A stretch of 64,000 bases of DNA from Eledone cirrhosa (GCA_964016885.1 OZ024747.1:77686001-77750000), one strand, 5' to 3'. Positions 39,975 through 52,696 are shown, numbered from the stretch's first letter. The notes: a model not told the origin generated them from the letters alone. Made by a program: numbers and translations.

Positions 39975-40174
39975 CTAGGGCGGGTAAAATTCCCGAGATC
40001 CATGGACGAGTTCTCTCCAGCGGTCTCTGTCCCTCATTATTGCTGCCATGTCTTGCATCTCCAACAGACCAGTGTCTGTCCTTAGGGCATCAACATATGT
40101 TAACCTTGGTCTTCCTCTTCCAGTGCGTCCATGCAGGGGCTCCCACAGGAGCACTGAGTGCAGTATCAACTCTG

Positions 40175-40177
<3 letters not shown>
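39975..40177 (-). pseudogene. 3' fragment of another RTE-like LINE ORF, bounded by (TA)n
   Basis: HPELILHSVLLWEPLHGRTGRGRPRLTYVDAL...MRDRDRWRELV is a typical RTE-group C terminus. Confidence 0.75.
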
Positions 40178-40210
<33 letters not shown>

Positions 40211-40739
40211 TATATATGTACACACACACGCACATATATATACATGAGTATGTGAGTCCCGGGTTCAATCGGGGGTAGCCACAGTAAGTAAGGTGCTCAA
40301 TACATTAGGAGAGTGTATACAACAAATTTCAACATAAAGATTGATATCTTTTGACTAGGGACAGGTGCAACTATTGTAAACTGGGAGAGAGAGAGACATA
40401 GTTAATTGAAGAAATCCTAGTATATTACAGGTACTTATCAATTCCTGAGGGCTGAATGGCAAAAATTGAATCTAACATGGTTAGAAGGAAATTGAATACT
40501 GGACTTAACCATTCCTCAAAGATACTGTTTATCATTTTGCAAATTATTTTTGAAAATGATCAACAATTTGAAGAGATTTAGTAATAACTAAGTCATTATT
40601 AAGCTGGTGTTTGGAATATAATTTAAAGGTTCTTGTATAAAATTATGAAGGTTTTCAGATAAATATAAACACTTTAAAATAGTTTTGTATCGTTGAACCA
40701 GGTGTGGTTTCAGGTGGTTTGAGATTTAGTCTAGTCTAA

Positions 40740-41010
40740 AGCCAAGAGGCTTGTCAGGCCAGTGATTATCCCGGTTTCATGACAAAATGACTGCATGTAC
40801 AAAACTCCCTCCTGGACACAATGCAAGTCCATCACAGGCTTAAACCCCCAGCTATTGCTGGTATTCAATTTTTTTCAGCTGAGTTACTGGAGCAATGTGA
40901 AACGAAGTGTTGTGCTCAAGAACACAACATACAACCCAGCCTAGGAATCAAACCCACAGCATTATAATTGTAAGTCCAACACCCTTACCACTAGGCCACG
41001 CACCTCCACT
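40740..41010 (-). mobile_element. SINE family B-like (tRNA head plus CORE-like domain)
   Basis: Reverse complement reads GTGGAGGTGCGTGGCCTAGTGGTAAG (A-box), GGTTTGATTCC (B-box-like), TGTGTTCTTGAGCAC.ACACTTC. Confidence 0.7.
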
Positions 41011-41716
41011 GGTATCACAAGGAATAAAATAGTCCTCTAATGTTCCGTTCCTCCTCTCAACTCACTGTTCTATACCAAAAACAATAAACACCAACCTATG
41101 CACACACACATACATTCATCTGTATAAGTGAATCCTTAAATAAAACAAAACTAAAGTGTAGCAATGCAAGTTATCAGGGTGGGGAGAGGGGTCAATTAAG
41201 CAACACCTGCAGTCAAATATTACTCAATGTAATATTATTTTGTTGATAACTCCAGCTATGAAATCATATCCTCTAGTTTCTACTAGTATAAAAAGATAAA
41301 AAAAATAGGGGGCCCAGAAAAATGCATTGTATACCCTCCTAAAATATTAGTCATACCAAAAAAATGGGAAATAAGGAAATTTCCTATAGTGCTTAGATTT
41401 CCTGTGAGCGAGTCATTGTGACCTGAAAATCAAGGTTAAAATGTCTATGAATATCAGTGTTCTGATAATTTAGAAGTTTAGATTTGTTTTAACTTTTCTG
41501 ATATAAACCAGTTTTACACAACTCTTATCTATTCATTGTATGGCTTGTAGGAGCCACACATCTTAATCTCAATAGCTCTAAAATTAATTTAAACATTTCT
41601 TTTTAGAATTTTTTTTTCTTTTAGCTACTCCAAGCATCAAATAATTAGCAACAGTATAATGGTTTCTGATTAAGGCACAAGGTCAACAATTTCAGGGGGA
41701 GGGGAAAATTCTTTAA

Positions 41717-41985
41717 CCCATTACCATTTACATTACTCTATATTTACTATTATATTTTCATGGTAGAGGTTTTAACTCACATAATTATCTCACATAATAT
41801 TAAATCTATGAGATTTTGATATTTATTTTGAGAACAATACCTTAACATAAGTATGAGCATTTAAACCGGCATATTCAGCCAGAATTCTCTCACATTTCTG
41901 TTCAAACCGGCCATAACCGGTTATGGCCGGTTTGAACAGAAATGTGAGAGAATTCTGGCTGAATATGCCGGTTTAAATGCTAGAG
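41717..41985. mobile_element. piggyBac-type MITE with internal perfect palindrome; TTAA target duplication
   Basis: TTAA at 41713-41716 and 41986-41989; internal homology to 55830-56034. Confidence 0.85.
41856..41981. repeat. Perfect 126-bp palindrome (63-bp arms, no spacer)
   Basis: Checked base by base; centre AACC|GGTT lies between 41918 and 41919. Confidence 0.97.
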
Positions 41986-42274
41986 TTAAATCTACCCCAG
42001 TGCATTACTGGTACTTTATTTTTTTGACCCTGTAAGGATAAAAGGTAAAGCCAACCTCGGCAAGATTTGAACCCAGAATGTAAAGAGCTGTAACTGTATG
42101 CCATAAAGTAGGTTGATTCTGCCATTCCACCACCCTTACCAACAGTATACATTCTCAGTTCAAATCTCACTTTGCCCTTCATTCTTCTGGAGTCAATCAA
42201 GTAGTCAAGTATTGGGGGTTGATTTTCCCCCTCAACTGAAGTTGCTGTCCTTGTACCTAATTAAAAACTACCGA

Positions 42275-42942
42275 GGGCGGTGGATTAACAGAATCGGTAG
42301 AGTGTCAGACACCATGCTTTGCAGCATAGAGTTACGACCCTTTACATTATGAGTTCAAGTCCTGCCAAGGTTAGCTTTGCCTTTCATCCTTATGGGGTCT
42401 TTAAAATACAGTACCAGCAATGCACTGGGGTCGATTTAATCGACTTTCCCTCTCCTTCAAATTGCTGGCCTTGTGCCTAATGTAGAAACAATTATTATTA
42501 TTATTAAAAATAAGGGCGATGGACTGGCAGTATTGGTGGAGCATCAAACTATGTGGCATAGAATTACAGCCCTTAACATTCTGAGTTCAAATTCCACCAA
42601 GGTTAGCTTTGCTTTTCATTCTTATGGAGTTGCTAAAATAAAGTACCAGTAATGCACTGGAATCAATTTAATCGACATTCCCCTCACTTCAAATTACTGA
42701 CGGTGCACCTAAATTAGAAACCATTATCATTATTATTAGAAATAACCACACTTGGCAGTGGATTGGCAGTATCGGTAGAGGGCCGGACGCCATGCTTTCC
42801 AGCATAGTTACGTCCCTTTACGATCTGAGTTCAAATCCCGCCGAGGTTGACTTTGCCTTTCATCCTTACGGGGTCGATAAAATAAAGTACCAGTAATGCA
42901 CTGGGTAATTGCTGGCTTTGTGCCTAAAGTAGAAACAATTAT
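42275..42942 (+). mobile_element. Three head-to-tail family A SINEs (about 42275-42500, 42514-42730, 42754-42942), preceded by a decayed partial copy at about 42150-42270
   Basis: Each has a GGC head, an A-box-like segment (e.g. TGGCAGTATCGG), a B-box GAGTTCAA.TCC, a central GC(C/T)TTTCAT(C/T)CTTA domain and an (ATT)n tail. Confidence 0.9.
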
Positions 42943-43137
42943 TAGAAATAACTACCATTATTATGAAACAACTATTATTATTATTATATTTAATGTGGGC
43001 AACTAACAATTGAATTAGATAAATACTAACTAGATAACGAATACTAAACCAGTTATTTTAATCTAACCATTATAATAAAATAAAACGTTAGCACATGACA
43101 GATAACTATTACTTTCTATAACAATGGTACTAACTAA

Positions 43138-43300
43138 TAATTGTTTCTACTTTAGGCACAAGGCCAGCAATTACTCAGTGCATTACTGGTACTTTATTTT
43201 ATCGACCCTGTAAGGATGAAAGGCAAAGTCAACCTCGGCGGGATTTGAACTCAGATCGTAAAGGGACGTAACTATGCTGGAAAGCATGGCACCCGACCCT
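43138..43300 (-). mobile_element. tRNA-derived SINE, family A; near-identical inverted partner of 42754-42942
   Basis: Reverse-complement match with only a few substitutions over about 150 bp. Confidence 0.9.
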
Positions 43301-43741
43301 GGTACTAACTAATAATAAACAGTAGAACCTGAAAAAACTAGTAATGTGCTATGAATAAACATTGTCATCTTTGGTCGAGACAAAGCAAGAGTATAGATAG
43401 GCTACCAATGAACTACTAGAGAGAGAGAGAGAGAGAAAGAGAAAGAGAGAGATTTCTTTATTTGCCACAAGGGCGCACAAGAAAAGGGGACAATACAAGG
43501 ACATATGCCAGGGATTTTACATACAATCGTGTAAAAAAAATGTTTAAACAAACAAATTCAACAATCGAAATCCCCAATAGGGGGGGGGGGGGGGGGGCGT
43601 TACAAATGGATAGATAGATAGATATATATTATATGAAAATAATTTTTATATATATACACACACAAAAACCAAAATCCGACAGCACTCGATAAGGGTTGTT
43701 TGTATAAAACCGAAGAGTAACTATTATTAACATAGATTAAA

Positions 43742-43780
<39 letters not shown>

Positions 43781-45046
43781 ACAACCCTCAAGTGTAGTCA
43801 AGTATGAATTGATTGATAGTATGTAGTTTTAGGTCCCCCCGCAGTTGCAATCACACACCTACACTCTCTAAAGCCCCCGCCATTTCCCCAAATTTATTCA
43901 AATGAGTCAACAGGAGAGCCTATGTTCAGAAGCTCAACTTGCTAAAAATAATTGCTAAATCTCCTTAGTATTACACCCTATCATTTAAAAAAAAATAAAG
44001 GATGAAATGATGAAAAAGGGCCAGTCTGAAAAAAAAAATACAGGATGGTCAAGGCTGGAATACCCTTGACCACACATATGTTGCCGCAAGTTGGACTGTG
44101 GTTTTCTACTACAACAACTGAGTATATTCCTATTTGCAGACATTTTATGAAAACTGTTCTAAAGAAAAGTATAAACATCACAACATTTCTCCACTACCAT
44201 AAATCAAAGATTTTCTGCCTGAAAAATAAATTAATATGTAACATTATGACTGAGATGATGAGATGTCAGACTCCAGTCATCAATCTTGCTGGAACGGTTT
44301 TAAATTCTAGTTTTCCCATGACTTTAGACTTTATTAGAGTTCAGACAGACAGGAATGAACCAAGAAAAACGTGTGTGACTGTAAGGATTGTTGTCAACTG
44401 GTATCACATTCCATTGTGATGAATGATACGACCAATAATTAAGAATCACTATATTTAAATTAAGGATAGGCAACAATTCAAACAAGTACTTATACAAACA
44501 ATAACTATGTTCTTCAGTCAAGTTTAAAGTTGTAGGCCTGGTAACTCAATACATGTCTAAAGATGTAGAAAAAGAAAGAAAGAAGCCAATTATCAGATGG
44601 GACCAAAGAAACAATGTTTCTAGCTGATGCTGCTTCCTTCTGTCTAATTCTGGACAGAAGGGGGCAGACATTTGAGTTCAAAACACTCATATCAGAAAGT
44701 GCAAAACATTTCATCCAACTCTTAAACAATTCTGCGAAACCTCCACCCCTGGATTGGGACTACTCTCGGATCCCAAATGATGGGAGAGGGGGGGGGGGGG
44801 GTCGATAGTTTTTCTAGATAGCCTCCCTTGATGTTTTTTAAAAACCAGAATTAGTTGTTTAGTTTACATACCGAGACCACAACCCATCTTATTTATTTTA
44901 TAACGTGCAAGATTTTTTGTAATGTTCTTTTTCTTTTAGTCATGTATAATGTTTTTATAATGTCAAAAGAAAATTAATTATTGAAAGAATGTTACCACTT
45001 AAAATAAAATTTCGGCAGAGATAGATTAGCAAAATTTAATAAGCAG

Positions 45047-45088
<42 letters not shown>

Positions 45089-48000
45089 TACTTGGACATA
45101 TTTAATGGAAAGGGGTGAAATTTTTAGACTTTCAAATAAGATTTACTACTTTTCCACAGAATTTAGTTAAATTTAGTTAGCTGAGTTGACAGAAGTGTTT
45201 TGTGTACCTGTGATAAAGTGATAGTGAATATCATTTGCACTACAAAAATATAATTTATTTGCCCATTAAATGCACAATACAAAAGACATCACTTTCAATT
45301 GTAATTTTATCTTTAGATATAAACAACAACCGCTAAACCATAAAATAACAAGTAAAAAATGAGGACAGCTTTTCATCAGTTTTTCAAAAGAATTATCAGT
45401 TAATACAAATGATAGTTTTAAAAATTTAGTATATTCTATCTATTTGTCAGCTAAATACAATAACAACTGCTTACTTCCTCTATAGATGCAATGCCATTAG
45501 CTAGAATACATTAAATATGTCTAGATAATGCTGTGTGCAAATATAAATCAAGAATGAACTTAATGGAAGCTAGTGGTCTATCACAATGTTTACTGCTCAC
45601 AGAAAAAAATTAAGCAATTCAACATTACTAAGTAATTACATATTCTCACCACAGCATAAAGTATAACACCTTGGTCTTACAACAGGAAGAATATGTTAGA
45701 CCCAGAGGTATAACTACGGAATATAGTGCCTAAGGTAAGCAGTGAAATTGTGCCCCTCACCAAACATCTAACATCTTTCAGATACCCATAAAATCAGCTC
45801 AAAAATACCAAGAGGTATGCCCATGTAGGTTCCAGCATTGTATTTTTACCTATGGGCCTAATAAATAGTTTAATGATCCAGCGACCATAATGCTTCTCAC
45901 AATGGGACAATTTGTCTAACCCATGCTAGTGTGGAAAAATGGATGTTAAATGGTGGTGATGATGATATTTCATGTCAAAATTGTATTTGTAAGATAACAA
46001 AAGATGTTTATATCAAATTGTGTTGGAAGATTTCAATTTAAGTAGAAACCCTTTAAAATGAGTAAGTTTTATTTCATAGAATCAGAGGTAGTTTTGAGGG
46101 GTGTTGATACCAAGTTGTTCAAATTCATGATAAATTGAAAAAAAATGCATTAAATATTATTTTTAAAAAGTTATATGTTGTTCCTTATTAACATCTACTA
46201 AAATAAAAAAACAATTCCACATGTGCAATCCATTCATGATTTAACTTCCACAGTTAATGGTGCTGCAGCAACTAGTAATCTCATTTCTACTAGACAGCTG
46301 CCATATGGAGCAGGTGACTCACACTTTTCCTAAACACACCAGAAACACCACTACAAACTCATATTATACAGCTTCATGTAAAAGTCAAATTAACTCGAAA
46401 CTACAGCTTTTTCCTTTTACACTGAAGAGGAAGGTCCATCTATATCCCAACTAACATATTACTGTTACACTGAAGAGGAAAGACTTTCTCTCTCTATATC
46501 CCAACCAACATAACTGAAATACAACTCAAATACAACTCCTTAGCTCACTGTATATACAGACTCAAATTACAATATGATAAAAACTGTGTTCATCAAACAG
46601 AAACCTGAATTACTACAACAACAAAGAAGGGATGGGGTGATAAAAAAAAAACAATAGTATCTCAACAATATGGGTATTGGTATTTTAGTATGACAAAAAG
46701 GCAAACCATAAATCCTATATATTACCAGATTGTATCCCGACAGACATTATAATGAAAATAAACACTTGTTTTGAGATGTTTTATTATACCAGATGTATAA
46801 TAAGGGATATAGCAAATTTTACTACTCTATTTCTTCTGACTTTAACTGTAAATCATGTTGAATAATCAAAGTAACAATGCAATAGGTAAAATATTACTTC
46901 TAATTAAATATAAGGGCAAAATATACTGGAACAATCAATTATTAACACTTGTCTATTAACCCCAATACGTGGCAGCACTTTAACATAAATAGGTGCTCCA
47001 TTGAAAAAAGAAAGATCATGATGCAAGGTTTTTAGTTAAATATAAACACTTTAAAACACAAATATTTTGTATCACGGAATGAAAGGTTGCTTCAAGCAAC
47101 TTAGTATCAAAAGGGTTAGTGTGTCTCACAGACTAATAAACAGAAAGTTAGCAGCTTAGTATGAAAAGGGTTAGTGTGTCTCACAGACTAACAAATAGAA
47201 AGTTAATGAACACAGAACAGAAATGAATCATATGCACTGCCAAGTGAAACCAAGCCCGAAATACCTAACATAAAAATACACCAAAACTAAAATACTGACA
47301 GACTGAGGAGAGAAAAGTAGACAGGTAGCTTCCAGCAGAAATGTTATCAAAATAGATGCATTTCAATTTGAGTAAGGTTTTCTTAAGTGGCTTACATCTG
47401 AATTTGCCATTTATTATATATATATAGTTATTATTATTATTTTATAGAACCAGTAAAGCAACAAGTAAATTACCTTGTGGTTCATGTGCAGAGTTCAAAT
47501 CTCACCAAGGTTGATTTTTACCAGAAAAAATATATATGATCAAATGATAATAGATAATTTCTGTTATGGCTGATTTAGGACAACACAATAACCACCGTGA
47601 ACCCTGAACTTTATTAAATACAGACAAAATAGTGTGAATGTTATACAGTACAAGTCTACATTTCAAAACCTAGTTTCAATTCCTGGTCCTAACTATTGAA
47701 CCTTTTGACACCAAACCACTTGAAACTGCCCATGAGTCTAGGATACACAGCCGTTTATTTTTTTAATGTTTAAATTTATCTAAAAACTTTTCATCATAAT
47801 TTTGTGCAAGAACCTTCATTAAGTTATGTCCCGAACAATAACTTAACAAGCTAGCTTGGGCCCCAAAATTGTTGAAGGTAGAGAATATTGGTTATGATGA
47901 TTTAGAAATGACCATGGATTGGGCAATGATATTATTGATGGAGATGCAAGCAACATATCAACCGAAATAAATGAAACCAAGCATGAAAAGATTAAATGAT

Positions 48001-49326
48001 TTATATTTGAAAGTCCCAAATAATTTGTATTCAGTGAAGACTCTGAAATAACCAAGGTTATAAATATGAAACCTCCATGTCTGGTTGGAAAGCCCCAATT
48101 CAACCAATGGATCATAGAAGAATTGTAGCCCCCATCCCACACAAGAGGTTATACCAACAAAGATATTTGGACAAAGTTCTCATAGAAAGGACAGCCACAA
48201 CCTTCACAGAACTCTTAATAACAAGAACCTCAAGCATACAATATTCAATTTAGTAGTTTCGTAGAAAGTACCAAAGGTTAACCCACACTTCGAAAAATTG
48301 CTTTACAATCATCATCATCATTGTTGTTTAACATCCATTTTTCCAAACTTGTGAGACAAGTTTGGAAAGATGATCATGTCTTGCTCATATCAAACTCTTT
48401 CTAGTGTATATAACGTCATCACTGTTTAACATCCATTTTTCCATGCTAGCCTGGGTTACACAAATTGTCCCATTGTGAGACAAGTTTGAAAAGATGACTG
48501 TCTTGCTCATACTAAACTGTTTCTGGCTTGGTTTCTACAGCTGGATGCCCTTCCTAACACCAATCAAATTTCTGTAGAATGTGGAGATATAATAATATTG
48601 GAGGCCAGGGATTTTCAAGTTTCTTCAGAAAACAGGTGAAACAGATCACAGAAGACAACAGAGCATCGCTAGTAGAAACACAGGAAGACAGTGGATAATA
48701 AGTGTTAAGAAATAGCAGCCAACGTTCTCATTGGAGACAGAAAAAAGGAAAGCTAATTATTTATATATATATATACACACCACCACACACATATATAAGT
48801 GTGTAACAATATTAGCACTACAATATTTTATACTCTTATTCAGTAGTGAGTTCTTTTCCACGCGTTTGTAAAGTCATTTTAGTTCTCTAGATTATTAAAT
48901 CATTCAAAACATTAGGGCTACGGCCTTGCTGGAGCACTACCTTCAATATAAATAAATGATCGTGTATATATAATATAAAATACTTCAGTGCCATTCAAGA
49001 CAAGTGGTGACGTAAGGAAGAGAAAATAAATCTTTCTTTGGGATAAATATATAAACAAAACGAAAAATTGACATTTCTCGTTATTGTCGAGACTAACAAG
49101 CCGGTCGTCTCACCTTCTTCCTTTCCGTATATAAAATGGTTGATAGGTAGAAAAGATGACAAGCGATGACCAAATGCCATCAATCCGATCAGTCAGTCTG
49201 CCAGTCAGTCAGTATCTCTTCTTCCTACACAGAAGAAAGTCAGCTATTTCTGACATATAAGAAAATCTGAGTGGACGAGGGTAAATAAAGCCAGCCGAAA
49301 TAGGCGATAGATTAAAATATTTCAAT

Positions 49327-49525
49327 AATTGTTTCTACTTTAGGCACAAGGCCAGCAATTACCCAGTGCATTACTGGTACTTTATTTTATCGACCCCGTA
49401 AGAATGAAAGGCAAAGTCTAATGTAATCAGATAATAATAATGATGTCTACTATAGCACAAGGCCAGCAATGTGGTGGGAGGGGGGTCGATTAAATCAACC
49501 TCAGTGCATTACTGGTGCTTTATTT
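49327..49525 (-). mobile_element. Two truncated family A SINE 3' parts
   Basis: AATTGTTTCTACTTTAGGCACAAGGCCAGCAATTACCCAGTGCATTACTGGTAC and a second GCACAAGGCCAGCAAT...CAGTGCATTACTGG. Confidence 0.8.
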
Positions 49526-49731
49526 TTTTTTTTTAATATATAGCAAAATTTATTTATCATATATAGAATTATATATATAATATATGTGTGTATATATATG
49601 TGTATATATATAAAAGCTCCGCCATTATCCACCCAATGAATTTACAAAAATCGCATGTTGTAAATACTAATTTGCAACCCACAGTGGACACTATACGTTA
49701 ATTAGTAGCTTCGTTAATTAGGCTTAGTGTG

Positions 49732-49770
<39 letters not shown>

Positions 49771-49773
<3 letters not shown>

Positions 49774-50055
49774 GGGCGAAGGGTCCGTGCATGCAACGCA
49801 TGCAGTGCATACGTTAAAGAATCTTGAGTTGATCAATTGCGTCGGTTGAAGCAAACAGAATTGTGACTGCTTACTAAATCATAGACACATAAAAAGATAA
49901 CACACACACACACACTAGATAACACTACATGCGGCTTTGACCGGGAATGTCATTTAGAGGGAATGGGGGGGGGGGGGGGTAAGGCTGCACAGCCCCACTT
50001 TCCGCCATGGCGATTGGACTGCATGCCCTGCTTTCCAGGTTACCCTTCGCCACTG
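49771..50055. mobile_element. MITE with 14-bp TIRs (hAT-like CAG(G/T)GG ends) inserted in (TA)n
   Basis: CAGGGGCGAAGGGT ... ACCCTTCGCCACTG (13/14 match), flanked on both sides by ATATATAT. Confidence 0.75.
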
Positions 50056-50382
50056 ATATATATATATATATGGGAAAAAGTATGACCCCATTACCCACTC
50101 TACTACCCTAAGTATTGCGTACTCTGGTGCATTATGGTCCATCTGGTTCCTTACCACAACTCCTTCGTTATATATATGTGTGTGTGTGTGTGTATCGATG
50201 GAATTCATTTCTGTATGGTAATGTATCTGAAGTTGAATTACAGCTTTACAGTTGTTTTGTTAGGTTTGTTTCTCCTCCATATGACGGCCAAGGGAATGGC
50301 ATAAAGGAGGAAGACCGCATTGAAAGGGTAACACGACAGGATGGCGATGGTGAAACATTTGGACCTCGGAGTGAAGAACACC

Positions 50383-50702
50383 GCAATGTCTGGCACTACC
50401 GGAGAGAGGGGGGGGGGACAATGTCTAGCACTATGAGAGAGAGAGCGAGAGAGAGGGGGAGGGAAATGTCTGGCACTATGGGAGAGAGGGAGAGAGAGAG
50501 AGGCAATGTCTAGCACTATGAGAGAGAGAGAGAGAGAGAGAGGGGCAATGTCTAGCACTATGAGAGAGAGAGAGAGAGAGGCAATGTCTAGCACTATGAG
50601 AGAGAAAGAGAGGCAATGTCTAGCACTATGAGAGAGAGAGAGGGGCAATGTCTAGCACTATGAGAGAGAGAGAGAGGCAATGTCTAGCACTATGAGAGAG
50701 AG
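50383..50702. repeat. Compound tandem repeat: 9 copies of GCAATGTCT(A/G)GCACTATG separated by variable (GA)n/G tracts
   Basis: Read directly. Confidence 0.92.
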
Positions 50703-51445
50703 ATTTTTTCACATTGACAATATGAAATAGTGAAGGATAATATATCCGCATCATAAATATAACCCCAGTCCTCTCTCTTTGTAATATGTGTGTGTGTAGC
50801 GCTTTTGCTACTACTAATTGCGAACTTAGTCGTTACTTGACACTAATAATGTTCTATCCCAACAGCTGAAGTCATATGACACGATCAGATAAAAACCTCC
50901 TCCTCGTCTTTTTATTATATATATATATATGTATATATATATATAGAGAGAGAGAGAAGGGGAGAGAGAGACATACACACATATATGTATATATAGACAC
51001 ATACATACATACATATATATACATACACCCGCTCTTTGATTCAGAAAAAAATAAGACGAACAAAAATAATAGTAATAATGATGAAGAAAACGGGGAGGGG
51101 AAAAGTTTCTGGTAAGAAAAGGGGTGGGGGAAGATGCCCCCCTCTCTCTCTCCCCAAAATCTAATTAAATAACAATATAAAGAACCCCCCCCCCCAAAAA
51201 AAAGACAGGATTAGGTTAATTTCTATAGAAACAAGACAATTTGTGGCATTGGTTGTCTATATATGGTGCTGTAGTGTGGGGGGGGGGATACGTAATATAT
51301 CGAAAACGGAAAAATGGTACGTGCTCGATAAATAATTTCGATTATATTGAAACAACACACACATGAATGTATTTACACACACGCACACACTATATATATA
51401 TACACGCATACATCAATGTATTTACACATACACACTCACGCATAT

Positions 51446-51486
<41 letters not shown>

Positions 51487-51536
51487 GAATGAAAGTATAG
51501 AAATTATTGTGAGCGTGAAGCCAACAGTATTTCATA

Positions 51537-51578
<42 letters not shown>

Positions 51579-51780
51579 TGTGAGAAAAACCAGACCCTCC
51601 ATCTCAACTCTACTTTTGAAAAGCAGAAGAACTGTGAAACCGGTAAAGGAACCAAATAAATATATATATATTTTTTTAAATAAGACTCCAGTTGCATTTT
51701 CGATTTCATCTTTTTTTTCTTTATACTTTCACTCGTGTAGGACACCTCGGTTATTTTTCATTTTGTAAAAAAATCCTCAC

Positions 51781-51822
<42 letters not shown>

Positions 51823-51982
51823 TATATAAGATCAAAAGATGGTTAAAGGAGTTCCATGTATTTTATTATGCGCATTTCAAAAACAAACATCATCATGTAA
51901 TAATATTTGTGTTTTCATCAGATAAAACAGGAGGACATGATATGAAGGCTAAAAAACACTTGTGGATAGTGCAGTTTTAAAT

Positions 51983-52024
<42 letters not shown>

Positions 52025-52192
52025 ACATATCTATATATACATATATATATATATGTATGTATACATATATATAGGTAAGTTATTCCGGGTTGAATCGGAG
52101 GTAACAAAGAATGAAACAGTTCTAGTCCTGTAGAATCTCATCTATATTAAAACTATATATATATATATGAATGTATTCACATACCCACATGT

Positions 52193-52335
52193 TTTCTGAT
52201 TTAGGCACAAGGCCAACAATTTGGAGGGATGGAGAAAGTCGATCAAATCGACCACAGTACATTTGTGGTATTTTATTTTATCAACCCCGTAAAGATGAAA
52301 GGCAAATCTAACCTTGGCGGTATTTGAACTCAGAA
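52193..52335 (-). mobile_element. tRNA-derived SINE, family A, partial
   Basis: TTTCTGATTTAGGCACAAGGCC...GATGAAAGGCAAA...ATTTGAACTCAG. Confidence 0.8.
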
Positions 52336-52638
52336 CAATAATGATTATAATAACAATCGAGAGGGTTTGACGCCTTAAAGATGGTCAAAAAATTACTTCC
52401 AGAAACAATGCCGCCACACCCTAGAATCCATCACCCTTTTCATTCTTCTGTGACCCGAAAACCCTTGCCTTTCCCGTCCTTTTCTGGAATGTTTTACAAT
52501 TAATTTACGAAATAATATATAACAACAAAAATTATCCATCATTAACGTATTTCGATAACAACTACAGATTTGTTAATTATATTCGAAACCACACATACAC
52601 CCTGTCTATTATATATATATTGGCATTTATCCACCACC

Positions 52639-52696
<58 letters not shown>

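Larger units (their letters stand above)
41660..42135 (-). mobile_element. Family A SINE interrupted by a piggyBac-type MITE
   Basis: 41660-41712 and 41990-42135 join into a contiguous copy like 24001-24215. Confidence 0.8.

Noticed and set aside
42754-42845. tRNA gene suggested by A/B boxes
   Set aside because: The boxes are the head of a multicopy SINE with body and tail; no cloverleaf is evident.
47099-47205. Short local direct duplications (also about 46417-46512, 48322-48520 and 61440-61550)
   Set aside because: Ordinary two-copy slippage duplications with no further structure.
50383-50702. CRISPR-like repeat-spacer appearance
   Set aside because: The spacers are only (GA)n/G tracts, not unique sequences.
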